DNA of 64,000 nt from Euprymna scolopes. Its lineage: Eukaryota. The notes beneath the pieces were generated by a model that worked only from the letters and a program-made list of their open reading frames with translations, ran no database searches and was not told the DNA's origin. Below are positions 26,761 through 41,155 of this stretch, piece after piece. A program made the translations under genes and the position numbers. Location of the stretch: NCBI GenBank assembly GCA_053919585.1, contig CM132788.1, one strand, 5' to 3'. Numbering within the stretch: the stretch's first letter is position 1; every line of letters begins with the position of its first letter.

Positions 26761-27388
26761 TGACATAACGATCCTCATCTTTCTGGATTGGATATTTTCA
26801 AGACGAACCAAAATAAATAAGTAATAACGAAATGAAACGAAAACGAATCCACTTTTATTGATCGATTAAGTTTAATCCTCTGAGATTTGAAAACGGAAAT
26901 CGTGAAGTTTTTCGATTAAAACATCAGTAGCCAAATGCGATTTTCAAAAGGAACTTTAAAGATTAAAATGAAAAAAAAAAGAAATCCGGACACTATGTTT
27001 TTATTTATTTTTTTCAATGAAACCTTGGCTGTAAAAACTTTGATAAGAATAAGACGGGATGAAAAAGAAACACTTTTCAATTACGTTTAAGACTAATCTC
27101 AGTTAATCATTGTATTTTAAAATAGAATATATCATCGTAATTTTAATATTGCTATGCCGTCATTACATAATTTAGTCTTCGAATAAAATTATTACATAGC
27201 ACAAACCTACTTGCAAAACATTTAGACTTTATTATCAATCCATAAGGTCATTTGGCGTAAATAACTTCCGAAACCTTAATTTGTTAAAATAGAAAGTGTT
27301 TCTATATATTTTAGTATAATTTTCTATTTAACAGTAAGTCCGTCAACATTACGATCATATTTAAAATTGGTTCAGAATTGACACATTA

Positions 27389-27466
<78 letters not shown>

Positions 27467-28583
27467 TATATAGTGATGAAATAATAAATATTGTGTTTCC
27501 TTAGTGAAATGCATCAATCTTAATTTACTTTTAAATGTTATTCTTAAAAAAAACACTGTTACCTTTTGTTTTAACTTAATTGTTCTTAAAATATTCTATT
27601 GACAGTAAAGAAAAATAATATTTCTATTACATTGGCGAGAGAATCAAGTAACTCAGTTTTATTATTATAAGATTGCATTCACGTCTGGAGATCAAAATAA
27701 TGCTTTAAACATAAATGCGTGATGAATGAATGGAACTATATAAGTTCACTATTGTACTTACACTATAATCATGCTTACACACCACTCCTCGTATGATAAC
27801 GGAAGATATACGTCGTTGAGCCTGTTAAGGGTCTGTCTATATAGGAATAGCATGTGCTCTATGTGCTCTCATCGCAGCATTGTTTTCTGTTGCCTTACAT
27901 TTAACCTTGACACTGGAATCTCGCCGTACCGATTCAAGAGAAGTGTTGTAATTTATTCATACATCCTTCCTTCGGAAATACATACGGAGCAACCTTAATA
28001 GATACGTATCAGTTGCTTTTCAATACTAAACGGCAGTTTTGACTCATACCCTTATTAAATGACGAGACGTGTGACACGACCTATGCACCATTAAATGCAT
28101 TACTTATTTGATTTACTATATTGCGAAACAGCACGATATAAAGGTATAGTTTTGTTATCGCTAACAATAAACTTATAATAGTGTTGGTTTAATTGCAAGT
28201 GATAATCAATTGTGTATTAATATTTAAATATAGATATTTTGTGGTTTAAAGATAAGAGGTTTATTAAAATTGCGTTAATAAGAAATTATCTCTCACTTCT
28301 TTGTCAACATTGAAAAAGTACACAAGCTCAAAAACATATATATATATTAATTCATAGTTGTGTGCGTTTAATATACATGTATTTGCGTTATTAAAGTATA
28401 TTCCAGATTTACATATCTTGAAGAAATCCTTACACGATCTTAGATCTGTTATCGTATTATAGATGAAGCTGCATTAAATTTTCTTTATTTCTTTCATATC
28501 GCCAACTAATTTATCAGTATTTCACTTTTATTTTACCGTCAACACACATCTGTACTTACGCATACACGCACACACACACAGAG

Positions 28584-28649
<66 letters not shown>

Positions 28650-28815
28650 CAATTATATATATTAGATGTTCGACGGTTGTTATATATATTAATACATCCT
28701 GTTATGTTATGCGGGGGATACAGTTGGTTACCTTGCTGATAGTCAATTGAGAAAATCGACTAATGTTATTATAGAAAAAAATATTAGATAATGGGCATTA
28801 GTATTGTTTTGTTTG

Positions 28816-29159
28816 CTGTTATGCAGAAAAACGCACACAGAGAAAATGTTTGAAACAAATATTTAGTAAAATATTTAACTGAGAACAAACAAATCAGATT
28901 CACGATTTTAGTCTTGACGGGAATGTAGGTTTCTAAACAGCAGATTCAGCAAGAAGTTGTTCAACATGACTAAATAAAATATATATGTAAGGAATGAAAT
29001 TAAGTGACGTAATAGGATATGTAAGTTTAGATATTTACGAGTTAGTTACAGAGCCAAAAATTGCCCGGGACAGAAGTCCAGGAGAGAAGTCGAATTGAGA
29101 ATGTTTTACTAAATATTTGTTTCAAACATTTTCTCTGTGTTCGTTTTTCTACATGACAG
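28816..29159. repeat. ~60 bp inverted repeat pair (28816-28875 / 29100-29159) around a 224 bp spacer
   Basis: acacagagaaaatgtttgaaacaaatatttagtaaaa versus its reverse complement ttttactaaatatttgtttcaaacattttctctgtgt. Confidence 0.9.
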
Positions 29160-29509
29160 AAATCTCTGTTCCCCCCTCGCATATCTTTCACGAAAAACAC
29201 CCGTCTAGCTGAATCCACTGTGAAAAATTACCCCACTCTTTATCTGTGCCTAAATCAAAACGTGGATTCCATGAACAAAGCTTCTTGCTTAGAACTATAC
29301 GCCTGTGGAACTCTGTTCCGTCTGTCTGCTTCCCACCTGACTACAGCTTGGATGTGTTCAAGTCTAACATTAACGCATTCCTAATGAACCGTCCCCTTAA
29401 GTAAACACTTCATCAAATCTCCACACTAACGTACTCTACTTGCAATAACCCTTATCCATGAGTGGCTTCTGGGCCTTGATAAGTGGTAACCATTGTGTAA
29501 ATAAAAAAA
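29160..29509 (+). mobile_element. Second, shorter 5'-truncated copy of the LINE at 12360-13212
   Basis: Collinear high similarity to ~12870-13212, with the same 3' end and A tail. Confidence 0.92.
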
Positions 29510-29809
29510 TGTCCGAACCTGTGAGACAGTAAATTCTCGGGCAACTGAACTTTGGGCCTTCACGAAAAGGTAGTAAAACAGAAAAGCGTCCAGTCCTTTT
29601 ATATAGAAAGCATCTGCCGACTAAGTTGGTTGAAAATGCAACCGACGTTACTAGGCAATACCGTGGAAAGATCTTCAATTTTATCTTGACCAATTAACAA
29701 ACAAAACACGGTCGAATGGAGTTCTGTTTTCTGTTGGCAAATTAATAAAACTAAGACGGTGTCCCGTCCCTGTTTGTGCATTAAATGATATATGTTTGTC
29801 TGTATTGTA

Positions 29810-29826
29810 TGTCACACACACACACC

Positions 29827-29862
<36 letters not shown>

Positions 29863-29973
29863 AGAGAGAATTAGGAACAAACTAAACGACAGCAAGAAGC
29901 AGCAATATGTATACAACTTGATTATATACACTCAGTTTCATGAATATTGAATATATACTGTTACATCCCCCCC
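29810..29973 (-). mobile_element. Possible short LTR with preceding polypurine tract
   Basis: Minus strand GGGGGGGA followed by TGTAACA...TGTGACA. Confidence 0.35.
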
Positions 29974-32900
29974 GGAACGTAGCACTTGGTCACTGTACGA
30001 AAAATGTTGTGATTATATTTCTTTGATTCCCAAATCGTCAAATATGTTTAAGTCTGTTAGATAAAAAAAAAAAAAAAACAATTCGTCATTTCTTGAGGTA
30101 TACAACCGTTGGGGATTATAGACAACACACGCAGTTGATGATAAAAATATTTAGTATATTTTTGTGAATATACGCTTTCTGTTTTTTTAATGACAGATTG
30201 AAAAGTCCAATGGCGTGCGTGACGGGGTTGGTGGTTGTGATGTGTGTGGTGCTGTTTGAAAAGAATGTGTGGCAAGCAGCCTCCTGTATCGCCATCTCGA
30301 CCTTTTATCTCCTTCTCCTTTGTTTCTCTTCGTCTTTCTTATTTTTTTTTTGTTTGGCCTAGATGAGTTGAACATCCCACCTACTTATGTGGGCAAATTC
30401 GCGAAAACCGCGATTTTACGGCCTTTAATTTGACTTCGTTTTGACTTCTCTTTCGATTATTCAACACTCTCTCAGAAGAGATTAGTAGACTTTAGACGTG
30501 AAAAAAGACTTTGTTGAAAAGATCACATCTAATAAAAAAGTTAGAGAATAAAGAACAAATAAGAAGTTATACAGAATAGAACTAAAATATATACTCAACC
30601 TATAATCTTCAGTGAGGTCTATCTATCCCAGGAAGAAATGAGGTTATAAATATGAGATGCGTTCGTTACAAATTTATGCACTTTTTAATGTCAGTGGGGT
30701 CACCCAATATTTTGAGGTAAAATAAAAATTCGCTTTCTACTGAATAAGCCAGAAACCTTGTTCAGTGCGGTGAAAATAGTGGTTGACCATTTTGACGTTT
30801 TTCTTGAGACTGTGTTCGGAAACATTATCCAGGGCTGATACTTTTGCTATATATCCACACAATGCCTCTATGAAGACACTTTCTACATGAAACTGCAACA
30901 TGTTAAGGATCAGCCGAGCAAGCAACTAGTCAAAAATACTGAGGAAGAATATTGCACAGTATTTTTGAATTCGCAATTATTAGTCTTATTCTCATACAAA
31001 GTGATGATTTTTGTGACATGAATATTCTGCAACACTTCCTTTTCTTTGCAACACTACTGTAGTTAATGCAATTCCTAGAACAGGGCTTACATCCATCTTT
31101 ACATAATTATTTAAGGTTGAATTACATTTTTCTTAGATCTTTGCCAAATGTTTTAGAGTCAAATCCCTTGTCTGTTTCTGCAACACGCTTAGCCCCTCCT
31201 TAACATATATGGTGAGAGTATTGCAACGACTGCATCTGTGAGAACGTTTCGGTTAAAATGAAGTTTACTATAATTACAGCCAACCTGCCAATCAAGCTGC
31301 GGTGTAAAATTATCATCGGTAGTTGATATCAAGTGTACGATCTTACTTTTAGTTAAAAAATGTTTCTTAAATCCTCGTACATGTTAATAATTTTTCTGAA
31401 GTCTACAGAGAGATAGACGGTACTTATTTGCACAGAGCAGAGCGCCTCATTACGCGTGATTCCTAGCCTTGTTAAGCGTATCAACTTTCTACTCAGAAAA
31501 TTTCCTATTGTAGTCAAAGAAAGATTCTTTTTTTGAATTGAATGCTTGCCCTAATTCAACAATACCAGTTTCGAACTAATCCAGGCATTTTTGTGCATCT
31601 CTCTTTCCAATACTTGCAACTGCGCAAACGTAGAGAGTATTACAGATACAGGTGCTCGTTTATTCTGCATTGCCAGCAGTGAAAAGAGTTCTCAATTTTG
31701 TTGGTGAAACACTCGCGTTGTTGGGGTATTGTCATCCTCCATAGTGTAAGTACTGGGATGCTTTTAAGTTTGATTCTATTGGGCCACTTTTATTGGAGAT
31801 TGCCCTTACCGCTAACCAGTGTTATGGCAATGTTCAGTATTTCGCCTTTATAGGATGTTGAGCGCTACCACAGTAATAGATTATATGACGCCCGACGTCC
31901 TAGTGAGTAATGCTTTAAATATGTAGTTGTTCACGAAGGAACACCCGTAGACACTGCCCATCCTCGTTCAGTCTCCCAACATGTAACTGACCGAATCAGT
32001 TATAATAAACATATCTGCGTGATCAGAAATTGTGACGCGAGTGTTTAACATTGAAGATTAATTAGTCTTTAAATATGTGCAGTAGGAAAGGTGTGCTAGT
32101 ATGTGAAAATGTGAAGATTAATCGAATGATGTAAACGACCTACATTTTCTTATTTGTTTGGAAAATTTCCTCTTTTGGTGATTACTTTAATCATTGTTGT
32201 CCAATGACTATGTTGTGTAATTAGAAAGGGTAACTCCGTAACATCTTTACTGTAAAAGAAAATTATAACAAAGTAAAATAAGTACAATTTTATACTTGAC
32301 GTTACCCGAGAAGGTTTTATTTTATTGCACAAATTATATGATAAAGAACAAGTTTGAAGCGAATTACTAAGGAATAAAAATAACAAATATTGATAATATG
32401 ATCCAAATAAACCGGTTTATTATCAATCTATAATGTAGATACAACATGTGGAATAACTAGTAAAAACAACTTCAACAAAATGGTCCGATTGGAAAGGTGG
32501 TTGTGTGCGTTAATATTATATGTACATAAGTTACCAGTAATATGTAACAGCGGAGTAAATTCAGTACTAACGATGCTAGGAAGAACACGAGTATGACTGT
32601 CGTAACTTATTGGGTAAAATGTAAAATCAATTTTACTTGTTCCATCGATAATTATGCGGTCCTATTAACATTATTTGATAAAATATGAAAATGTGTATTA
32701 TATAAAAAAAATAAACATTATTAATATAACAACACAAGACGGCGTCAGAATTTATAACACAATTGCAAAGTAAATGCTGTTATAAGCGAACTGAATTTAT
32801 TATATTTTACAACTCTCACAGAATCTATAATTATTTTTATTAGGTAGTCTTGTAGCGGTTATCAAACTTTCTCATGCATCTTGATCATACTAACTGTTTA

Positions 32901-33086
32901 TGGTCATCTTCAAATCCTCGGAAACATCGTTTGAAGGTTTATTACTATAATAGTGTTCCCCTCTTTCTGTTTTCCGTTTCACTTGAAAAATCCTCATTGC
33001 TGATTTGAATACGCGTGACGGTTTTCTTACCTGCATTTATATCCTATTATCTAATTCAAGGTTTTATAATCTGATTTCTTTTGCAG

Positions 33087-33143
33087 ACTACAGAAAATGC
33101 CTACACCGATTTTCTCATCGTAAATGCATGAAGAGATCAGGCG
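33087..33143 (+). CDS. Candidate 57-nt symmetric host micro-exon (xYRKCLHRFSHRKCMKRSG)
   Basis: Strong acceptor ctgatttcttttgcag and donor G|GTAAGT. Length is a multiple of 3 and the frame is open in phase 1. Confidence 0.35.
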
Positions 33144-34592
33144 GTAAGTAAAACCATCGTTTTAATGAAAACGATTTAAAGTACTAATGTACAAAGTCAG
33201 GCAGCTATTAGACCTATTTTATTGCGCTGTGTCTAATATGCAATCCAAAAATGCTATCAAAAACTGAATTATAATATACAGCAAAATAAATAGCACTTTT
33301 CTTAGACATGCTCGGAGAAGTGCAAATATTTTTGCCATAGACCTATAACAAACAGTTGTGTGTAGCAGAAAATATATTGACACTAACCGGTATAAACACA
33401 TCCATGAACTTCTATTCCGGAGGGGTTTCATGTCTCCAACGTTAAAGAGTATTTACAAAGAAAATTAAACCTGAAAACAACTTTTTTAAAAGTTGAAAGA
33501 TTATTTATTCTTTATAATAAATAGATGCTTTATTTTGGGAAAAAGAAAACCAACAAATCGTCATTTGGCTTTCTAATTTCCATTTTATAATAGAACTTAT
33601 ATACTTTCAACAGCATTGCATTTTGTTGGCGAACACACTTTGTAAAATCTAGGCATGATTGATACACCGACAGCAAAGCATCCCAGAAGGATGCCGATAG
33701 GCATCATAGAAAATCCTCCTGTGTTCATGGAAACAATAGTAGCGACCATGCCTAATTATGCAAGACAATGTGAAAATGAATGTGATAAAATTAATAAAGA
33801 TGTACGTTCTGCAAAAGGTTTCGTAGGATTCGCGATCCAAGCTGCATAGTGGAACATTTGAATATTTCTAATTCGCCAAAAAAAAATGCATACTTACACA
33901 AATTGGTTTTACGCGTCGCATAACACAGACGTGTTTTATTGGATCTTTTCTAATGGTGGACAATAAGATCAGTAGTCGCTGTAATTTCTATTTGGCTATT
34001 TAGAAAATATATTAGATACAAAAACGGTATAAAAGATGAGGTTCGATATGATTATTTATATCAGTCCTCTTGACGACACTTTTAATTTGCAAATATGTTC
34101 TATTATAATATCTAATGCATCTACAAATTTAATACCTAAACATATTTTGAAAATAATGGAAATATCATACATATATTATTAAATACTAAGTTTTATCAAA
34201 ACTAAAATTAAAACCCAACACAAATTCAATAAACTAACTGTCTTCCCTAGAATTTTCCTCTTGCAGAACGTTATAGCACATAACTCTATTCGAGGTGATA
34301 GCAATATTTATCAAGTTCGATGTAAACAACTTATTGTTAAGCCGACTTCTTTAATAAGTAAATTCTCTCAGCTTTCTACCACTACCTATTATTACGTTAT
34401 GGTGTAACAAATATATTGGCACACATTAATGTCATGGTGAGAATAGTTTTTGCATTTTGATAAGCCGTGCCACTTTCGTAAAAGTGTACATTCAAAGTAA
34501 ACTATTAATGATAAATAACGTGTGAAATAATTGAAAGAAATCAAGGCTGTAAAAGAATTTAACTATTTAAATAAAGTTAGCTCATTTAAGAA

Positions 34593-34652
<60 letters not shown>

Positions 34653-37600
34653 ACCAGGGAAAGTATAGATTTGCCAAGCCTACAGTATGATATAATAGAG
34701 AGCACAATATAATAAACAACCCCCTTTAAGACAAAGCTAATGTCTGAGAGGATAGTAAACTAACAGAAACCATTACATCTATTTAAACACAAGTAATGTG
34801 AGAATGATATCATGACAACAGGATAGACAATTACTAAGAATGTAATCACTGTGGTATTTATTTAATGATTACAGTGTAGATATTTAATGATATATTTATA
34901 AAAAAGAATATAGTATTTATTAGGAAAATGTTTCTCTCTTAAACAGAGGATAATAATTCGGTTTTATGTTAACGTAAATATTATCTAATAGATCAATTCT
35001 GTAAAAAGTGGCAACATTACATTGTACACAGCGCTTGGCCTGATTAAAGAGGCCCCCATCGTTTTAGTTCGAAATTGTTTGAGATAAAATCTGTAGCGTC
35101 CAGAGCTGTGGTTTGTTTAGAAAATGGATTATAGGGTCGTACGAGTGCAAAAGGCGTTTACACAGGGGCTGCTTGTCATCGGATGTAACGTCGCATGGCA
35201 AGATGTGGAATACGGGATGTGGATTACGACAATATTTATGTTCGGAAAATCAAATTTTAATAATTCGCCCCGGACAGTGAAAAATACACATTTGTTTCCT
35301 GGTATTGAAAAAACATACACTGCGTTTAGGATATTGCAAGAATCCAAATTCTCGAACTCATTAAGATGAGGAATTAGTGAAGAGTTCATGAGGCATCCAA
35401 CCTGGTTAAAAATAAACTATAGATAAAATAGCTCAAATTGCTTGACTATTATTCATATGTTATGAAATATTTTTTACAAGTAATGAGCATTCAGTCTTTA
35501 TACTGAATAACTTATTTTCTAAGAACATTGTTGTAAAACCCATAAAGATTAATTCGCGCTGACTGGATTTAAGTAAATTATTTTAGATATGAGATAATGA
35601 TTGACGCACTGTCGTAATGAAAAATCGACTTTGATTTGGATTAAATGTTTACTTTTCACATCTAAGCAAATAAATATGTTATAAAGCCAGAACTTAAACC
35701 AACAGTTGATGACAAAAGAAATTAACAGTAAAAAGTCCGAGTATAATGGCTAATATTTGGCAAAGTTGTGAAGCGTCAAATATATCGCAATTGTAGTTTC
35801 GAAGAAAATACGTTTACAGGATCGGACTGAAATTAATATGTAACTTACAATTGGCGTATAAGTCAGACAGAAATAGTCGGCAAATGGAACCTAACATAAT
35901 GTAGTCCACAGGCTATTGGATTAATAAATGGTTGTTCACATTGAGAGATCATCGGCTATTTTATCTCCGAGGAGCGAAGGGCGTTTACAAACTGATGATC
36001 TTACATGTACGCGAATAACTTTGAATTGCGACTCCCATCATAGCAGTGTCAATGAATAAGACGGAAACGACGATTGCATTTATAAAAAAAGAATAGCACT
36101 TTTTATATTGTTTAAAGAATCTTCCCGTTGAACTCTTTTCTTTATGTTAAATAACAGCGGCCTGGTCTTGTAAGTGAGTAAATATGAGATGGGATAGCCG
36201 AGGATTCGAACTTCCGAAGCAAAATTGTGATTTGAGAATTCCTATCATAAGTTTAAATAAATACTGAATTTTATTGACAATGGAAAGTTTTATTACCATT
36301 GTTTAGTTCACATCAAATAGTTATATATATGTTTATTGAAAAGGAAATGTAATGATGTAATTTTGTTTCTGTTAAGAAAATGAAATAAAGATAAGGAATT
36401 TAAAAACGGACAATGGAAAATATTAAACATATTTATTAAGTGGGTTAGGAAAATTAGATTAGAGGAAGCATGCCAGGCCACGAGTATGAGTATGCAATGG
36501 CGTCATGAGTTATCAATATAGAGAGCTTTAGTTAGTTAAGTCAGTCAGTCAGTCAGGGGAGAAGAGTGGAGTCAGAGACAGAGATGACATGGAACCTTAG
36601 AAGCGAACGTGAGAAGAAAGCATCATGTCAAGACTTGAATGTCTTGATGCAAAACCATTGACCTGTCGGAATGGAATAAACGAACAACTTTATTTTTTTG
36701 TATCTGCGTCTCTGTGTTATGTTATTAACAGGAAAGGTATTGTGAATTTATATTATAAGAACTTTGTGAAAATCATCATCTCAAAAATAGGTAAAGATAT
36801 GTTTGAATGTTATAGAAACACTCCCATTAGCAGAACTATCATACAGTATAAATGTCAACGCACTCTCTCTCTCTCGCTCTATCTATCTATATATCAAATC
36901 TCCTCTCATTGTGTATTACATGCCGTCGGCTCTCCTGTATTAAGATGTACCCTGTCTTTTACATATACATAACTGTTTCTCTCTTTATATATATGCGATA
37001 TATCTGCACACAAAATAAACACTAATCCACCCATCTAAATGAATTACATGTATGTATTAATATGCCCCTGTCTCTCATTATATATACCCTGTCTATCTGA
37101 TACATCAATATGATCACTCACTAATACGACCACGCAACAACAACGATATAATATAGGTCATCTCTTCTAAAATAACACCCAATACATAACATTTATAACA
37201 TGTATAGGTTTTGCGGCATTTGAGTTTAAAAGAGCTGTTTCATTCTCCTATGTTTATTCTGTGTCTACATACATTTAAAGACACGCATGTATAGTATGGA
37301 AATGATGTATATATGATGTATACGTGTTTTTTTATATACGTCTCTATATTTGTGTATTGTCAAGTGATATAAAGTGTCATTCTAATGGAAGTACGTAAAA
37401 AAATCTATTTAGGTGTTTTATATAAGTTTCAAAGTCATCTATATGACTAGTGAATATAGGTACGTTCGTCTATAACTGTCTAGCGTTATGGTGATTAAAT
37501 CTATTTGTTTTTCATTTTTCGTTGAATTGATACGTCTATAACACTTACGACAATGTTAATATAATAACAGATATAGTTTAACAACTTACAGGTAATATAT

Positions 37601-37684
37601 ACAACAAAAAAGGGCAAATGACAGTACCTGGGTGTTTTCATCTGCTAATAGAGACGTATATTTGATACATGTTTGGTCTATATT

Positions 37685-37951
37685 TGACAGGCCCTCGGAA
37701 AAGCTGCAACTCGAATCCCGGTGTTGTTTACAGAAGCTTTATTCCGGATGTTTTCCTAATAGGAAATCTGCAAATAGACTATAGACGACAGCCATTTCTC
37801 ATGACCTCTACTCGGAGTCCTCACGATCTGAAAAACTTTCTCTATCTCAATCTCTACCTGCTTTCTCTGACTCCCGACGTTTAATCAAGGGTGTCTTCCA
37901 AGCACTACATATAGCTCACGTTACATTAAGTGATATCTACGTCACGTAACA
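37685..37951 (-). mobile_element. Solo LTR with 4-bp target-site duplication
   Basis: Minus strand TGTTACG...TGTCA, flanked on both sides by TATT (37681-37684, 37952-37955). Internal AATAAA on the minus strand. Confidence 0.6.
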
Positions 37952-39254
37952 TATTCATCTAGAGATCAACCTTTGTGTAAACTTATTGTTTGTGTTCTAA
38001 CACCATTTACTATTAAAATAGTTTAACATAAATACTGTATATGTACATATTTATTTCGCTATGATAACATTCTTTCTGACATTTTATTTTTACAATTTCA
38101 TAGCGACCATAAAACCGTCGACGAGTACCACTCGGCATTGCGCGGCATATATCTTACACGGGTATGTATATACAAGTTATGTAACAACATATTTATTGAC
38201 CAAGTATCAAATGCAGAAACACAAGTTGTAGTGAATTCTTCGTCGTTTCAAATATATTCTATATATGTAAATATTATTACAGACTTTTCAATATTATAGT
38301 GTAAAAATATTTTTCTGTCATATAAACCTAATAAAATATTATTCATTCTAATATTAATAACATACGCCACGAGAGAAATTGCGATTATGAGTTTTCGTAA
38401 AAAAAATTCAGATAAAAATATTTGAGATTATTTAACTATGATTAATACTCTAATGTTTAACATTCAATATTGATTATAACCTGTAAGTTTTAAGTATAAT
38501 ATTACATTTGTTTAGACACGCGTATTAAGGAGTTTCTATTTGTAAATTTTCTGTCACAATTAGATCATCAATAGCATTAAAAACTGTTGTATTTCTTTCT
38601 TTATTACTGGAATGTTATGATCGTCCTTATGATTGCGTTTTTACCACATTTCAGGAAACGTAGATTGTGAAGACGAAACGTGTTAGCACACTAGCAACTA
38701 TAAGAATGAGGATAACATACTGCAAATAAATACATAAAACACTCAGCTAAAAGGATTCTAATAAAAAAGAACACTTTTATTTGAATTTTTATACGTTTTT
38801 AAGAGTTTAATGTCGCTTCGTCTACTCACATTTTCAGGAAACCTGTTCAATTTATATCTGCCTAGATTAATTTTAAATAGCATTTATTTGTGAAATGCAC
38901 TTGTTGACGGATGATTTTTTTTTCTTTTGCCGTTTATGTTTGGTTTCCTATGCAAATCTGAAACAGCTTACGTTGGTCTCAGTTTAGCATTCTAATTTAT
39001 CGTTAGTCTTCTAATTATTGTTGCAAAGTTCAAAATGTGCTTTATGAACGCAGAAAACAATAGTCATGAAATCTTGCAATATGTATTGATATAGGTTAGT
39101 ATATAAATATATATATGTATATATATATATAACATAATATGTATACTATGTATACGAAATATATATATAATATAATGATAATAATATATCTAATATAATA
39201 TGATATAATACATATATATAATATGATATATGAAAATATAATACAATATAATGC

Positions 39255-39325
<71 letters not shown>

Positions 39326-39818
39326 TACTCGATGTTGACTGGTCGTAAACGTACATTCCTGACTGAAAGAAACTGAGACATATGCATGCGAGTATTAAGT
39401 TTTTAGTAAAAAAAATAAGATAAATACTCAGACTGGCATTAAAACCAAAATCTAAATATACTGAGTTTAGTACAAAAAATTGCAGCCCATTTGTACACGA
39501 TCTCCAGAAAGTGCTTTCAAACCTTTTTATTCTTGACAAATTGTGAGAGATTAGTGCATGCTATCGTGAAATAAGTAACACACGTATTTTTAAAAAATCC
39601 GACAGCCTCCTCGCAATTATTTTACAATTTTGACAACTTAGTAGCGGTTGTCCTCGAAGTGTGTGTATGCGTATGTATTCTCATTTTGAAAGCAAAAAAA
39701 TTTAATTTAAGAACCATAATTAGAAGACTGAAAGTAGTCTTCATCTAAAAAATGAAGAAAAGGTCAACCTGCACTGAGGATTTGTGAAAAGCTGAATTAA
39801 TTATAATAGAAAATAATA

Positions 39819-39862
<44 letters not shown>

Positions 39863-40912
39863 ATATATACATGTATATATATATAGTGCGTTATACATAT
39901 GTATGTATTTTATATATACATATATATTATATCTGTATGTATGTATTTAATAANNNNNNNNNNNNNNNNNNNNNNNNNNNNNNNNNNNNNNNNNNNNNNN
40001 NNNNNNNNNNNNNNNNNNNNNNNNNNNNNNNNNNNNNNNNNNNNNNNNNNNNNNNNNNNNNNNNNNNNNNNNNNNNNNNNNNNNNNNNNNNNNNNNNNNN
40101 NNGATAACATAATTCATAAAATAATTTGGAGTATAACTGCATAAGTCAGGTTCTTATTTTGAGCACATTCAATATTATTAAAAAAAGCTAATTTAATTAG
40201 TTTATTAAAGGAACCTATACATAAAAAAACTTATTCGTTTAGTAATTAACAAATTAATTAACGGAAATATTATTACAGTCACGCACGAAATTTCTAAAAA
40301 TTTGAAATAAAGTCTGGCAAAACAGCGTGATGATATTCGTTGCTTTCTATTTTTACTGTTTTCTATGGGGCGTCATGGTGATGATGTCACAATCAATATA
40401 TTATGAGATCATGTTCCCGCTCATTATCACGTAACAGTATAATAGCTTTAACCGTAAGAAGATGTTCATCATATCAATGATTATAGAATATATTGTAATT
40501 ATCGAAAAGGATTTTAAGAGACCATCTCCAAAATATACCCGGTGAATTAATACAGATTTTTAAAAAATGCGCTTAATATTTTGATCAGAATGTGGATTTT
40601 ACATTTTTATATTAAAAATAAAACACTTTATCTGAGAGTTTATTTCACGGTTTTCCGTTTAATATATTTCCATACTAACGAACCAAATAGATTGCCGAGC
40701 GAAAACCTTAAAACGATTGGCTTATAATAGGGAGGACGTATATATTATTTAATACTTAATCTTTAAGGAAATTAAAATTAAGTGCTTAGTTTATGGACAA
40801 CTTATATGTACGTTAATATGTATCTTCACCTGTGAGTATACTGTTATTGTTAAATGTTTGAGTAAAAAAATGCATGTTGTTAACCTATTTATAAATGTGG
40901 TAAATATAAAAT

Positions 40913-40972
<60 letters not shown>

Positions 40973-41155
40973 TATTCGATTGTACGAAAATGTAGTTCTT
41001 TTATTACTAGGTTAGCTTAAAGTATAAATAAGCCAAGCACTTATAGATTCGTTGGGTTACAAACAATATTATTCTACTGTTAAAAATTATTATAACATAT
41101 ATAGTGTAACATAAAACAAACTATTATATTTTAACGCTAAGTAAATTATTAGATA

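Noticed and set aside
35124-35389. Overlapping 81-aa and 86-aa ORFs on opposite strands
   Set aside because: No recognisable motif or convincing splice context.
36348-36780. LTR-like segment (purine tract, TGTAA start, TCAGT repeats, AATAAA)
   Set aside because: The 3' boundary and TSD could not be defined.
39096-39539. 147-aa ORF and other YIYI/CVCV ORFs (e.g. 45204, 56322, 61338, 62853)
   Set aside because: These are open frames produced by (TA)n, (GA)n and (CA)n microsatellites.
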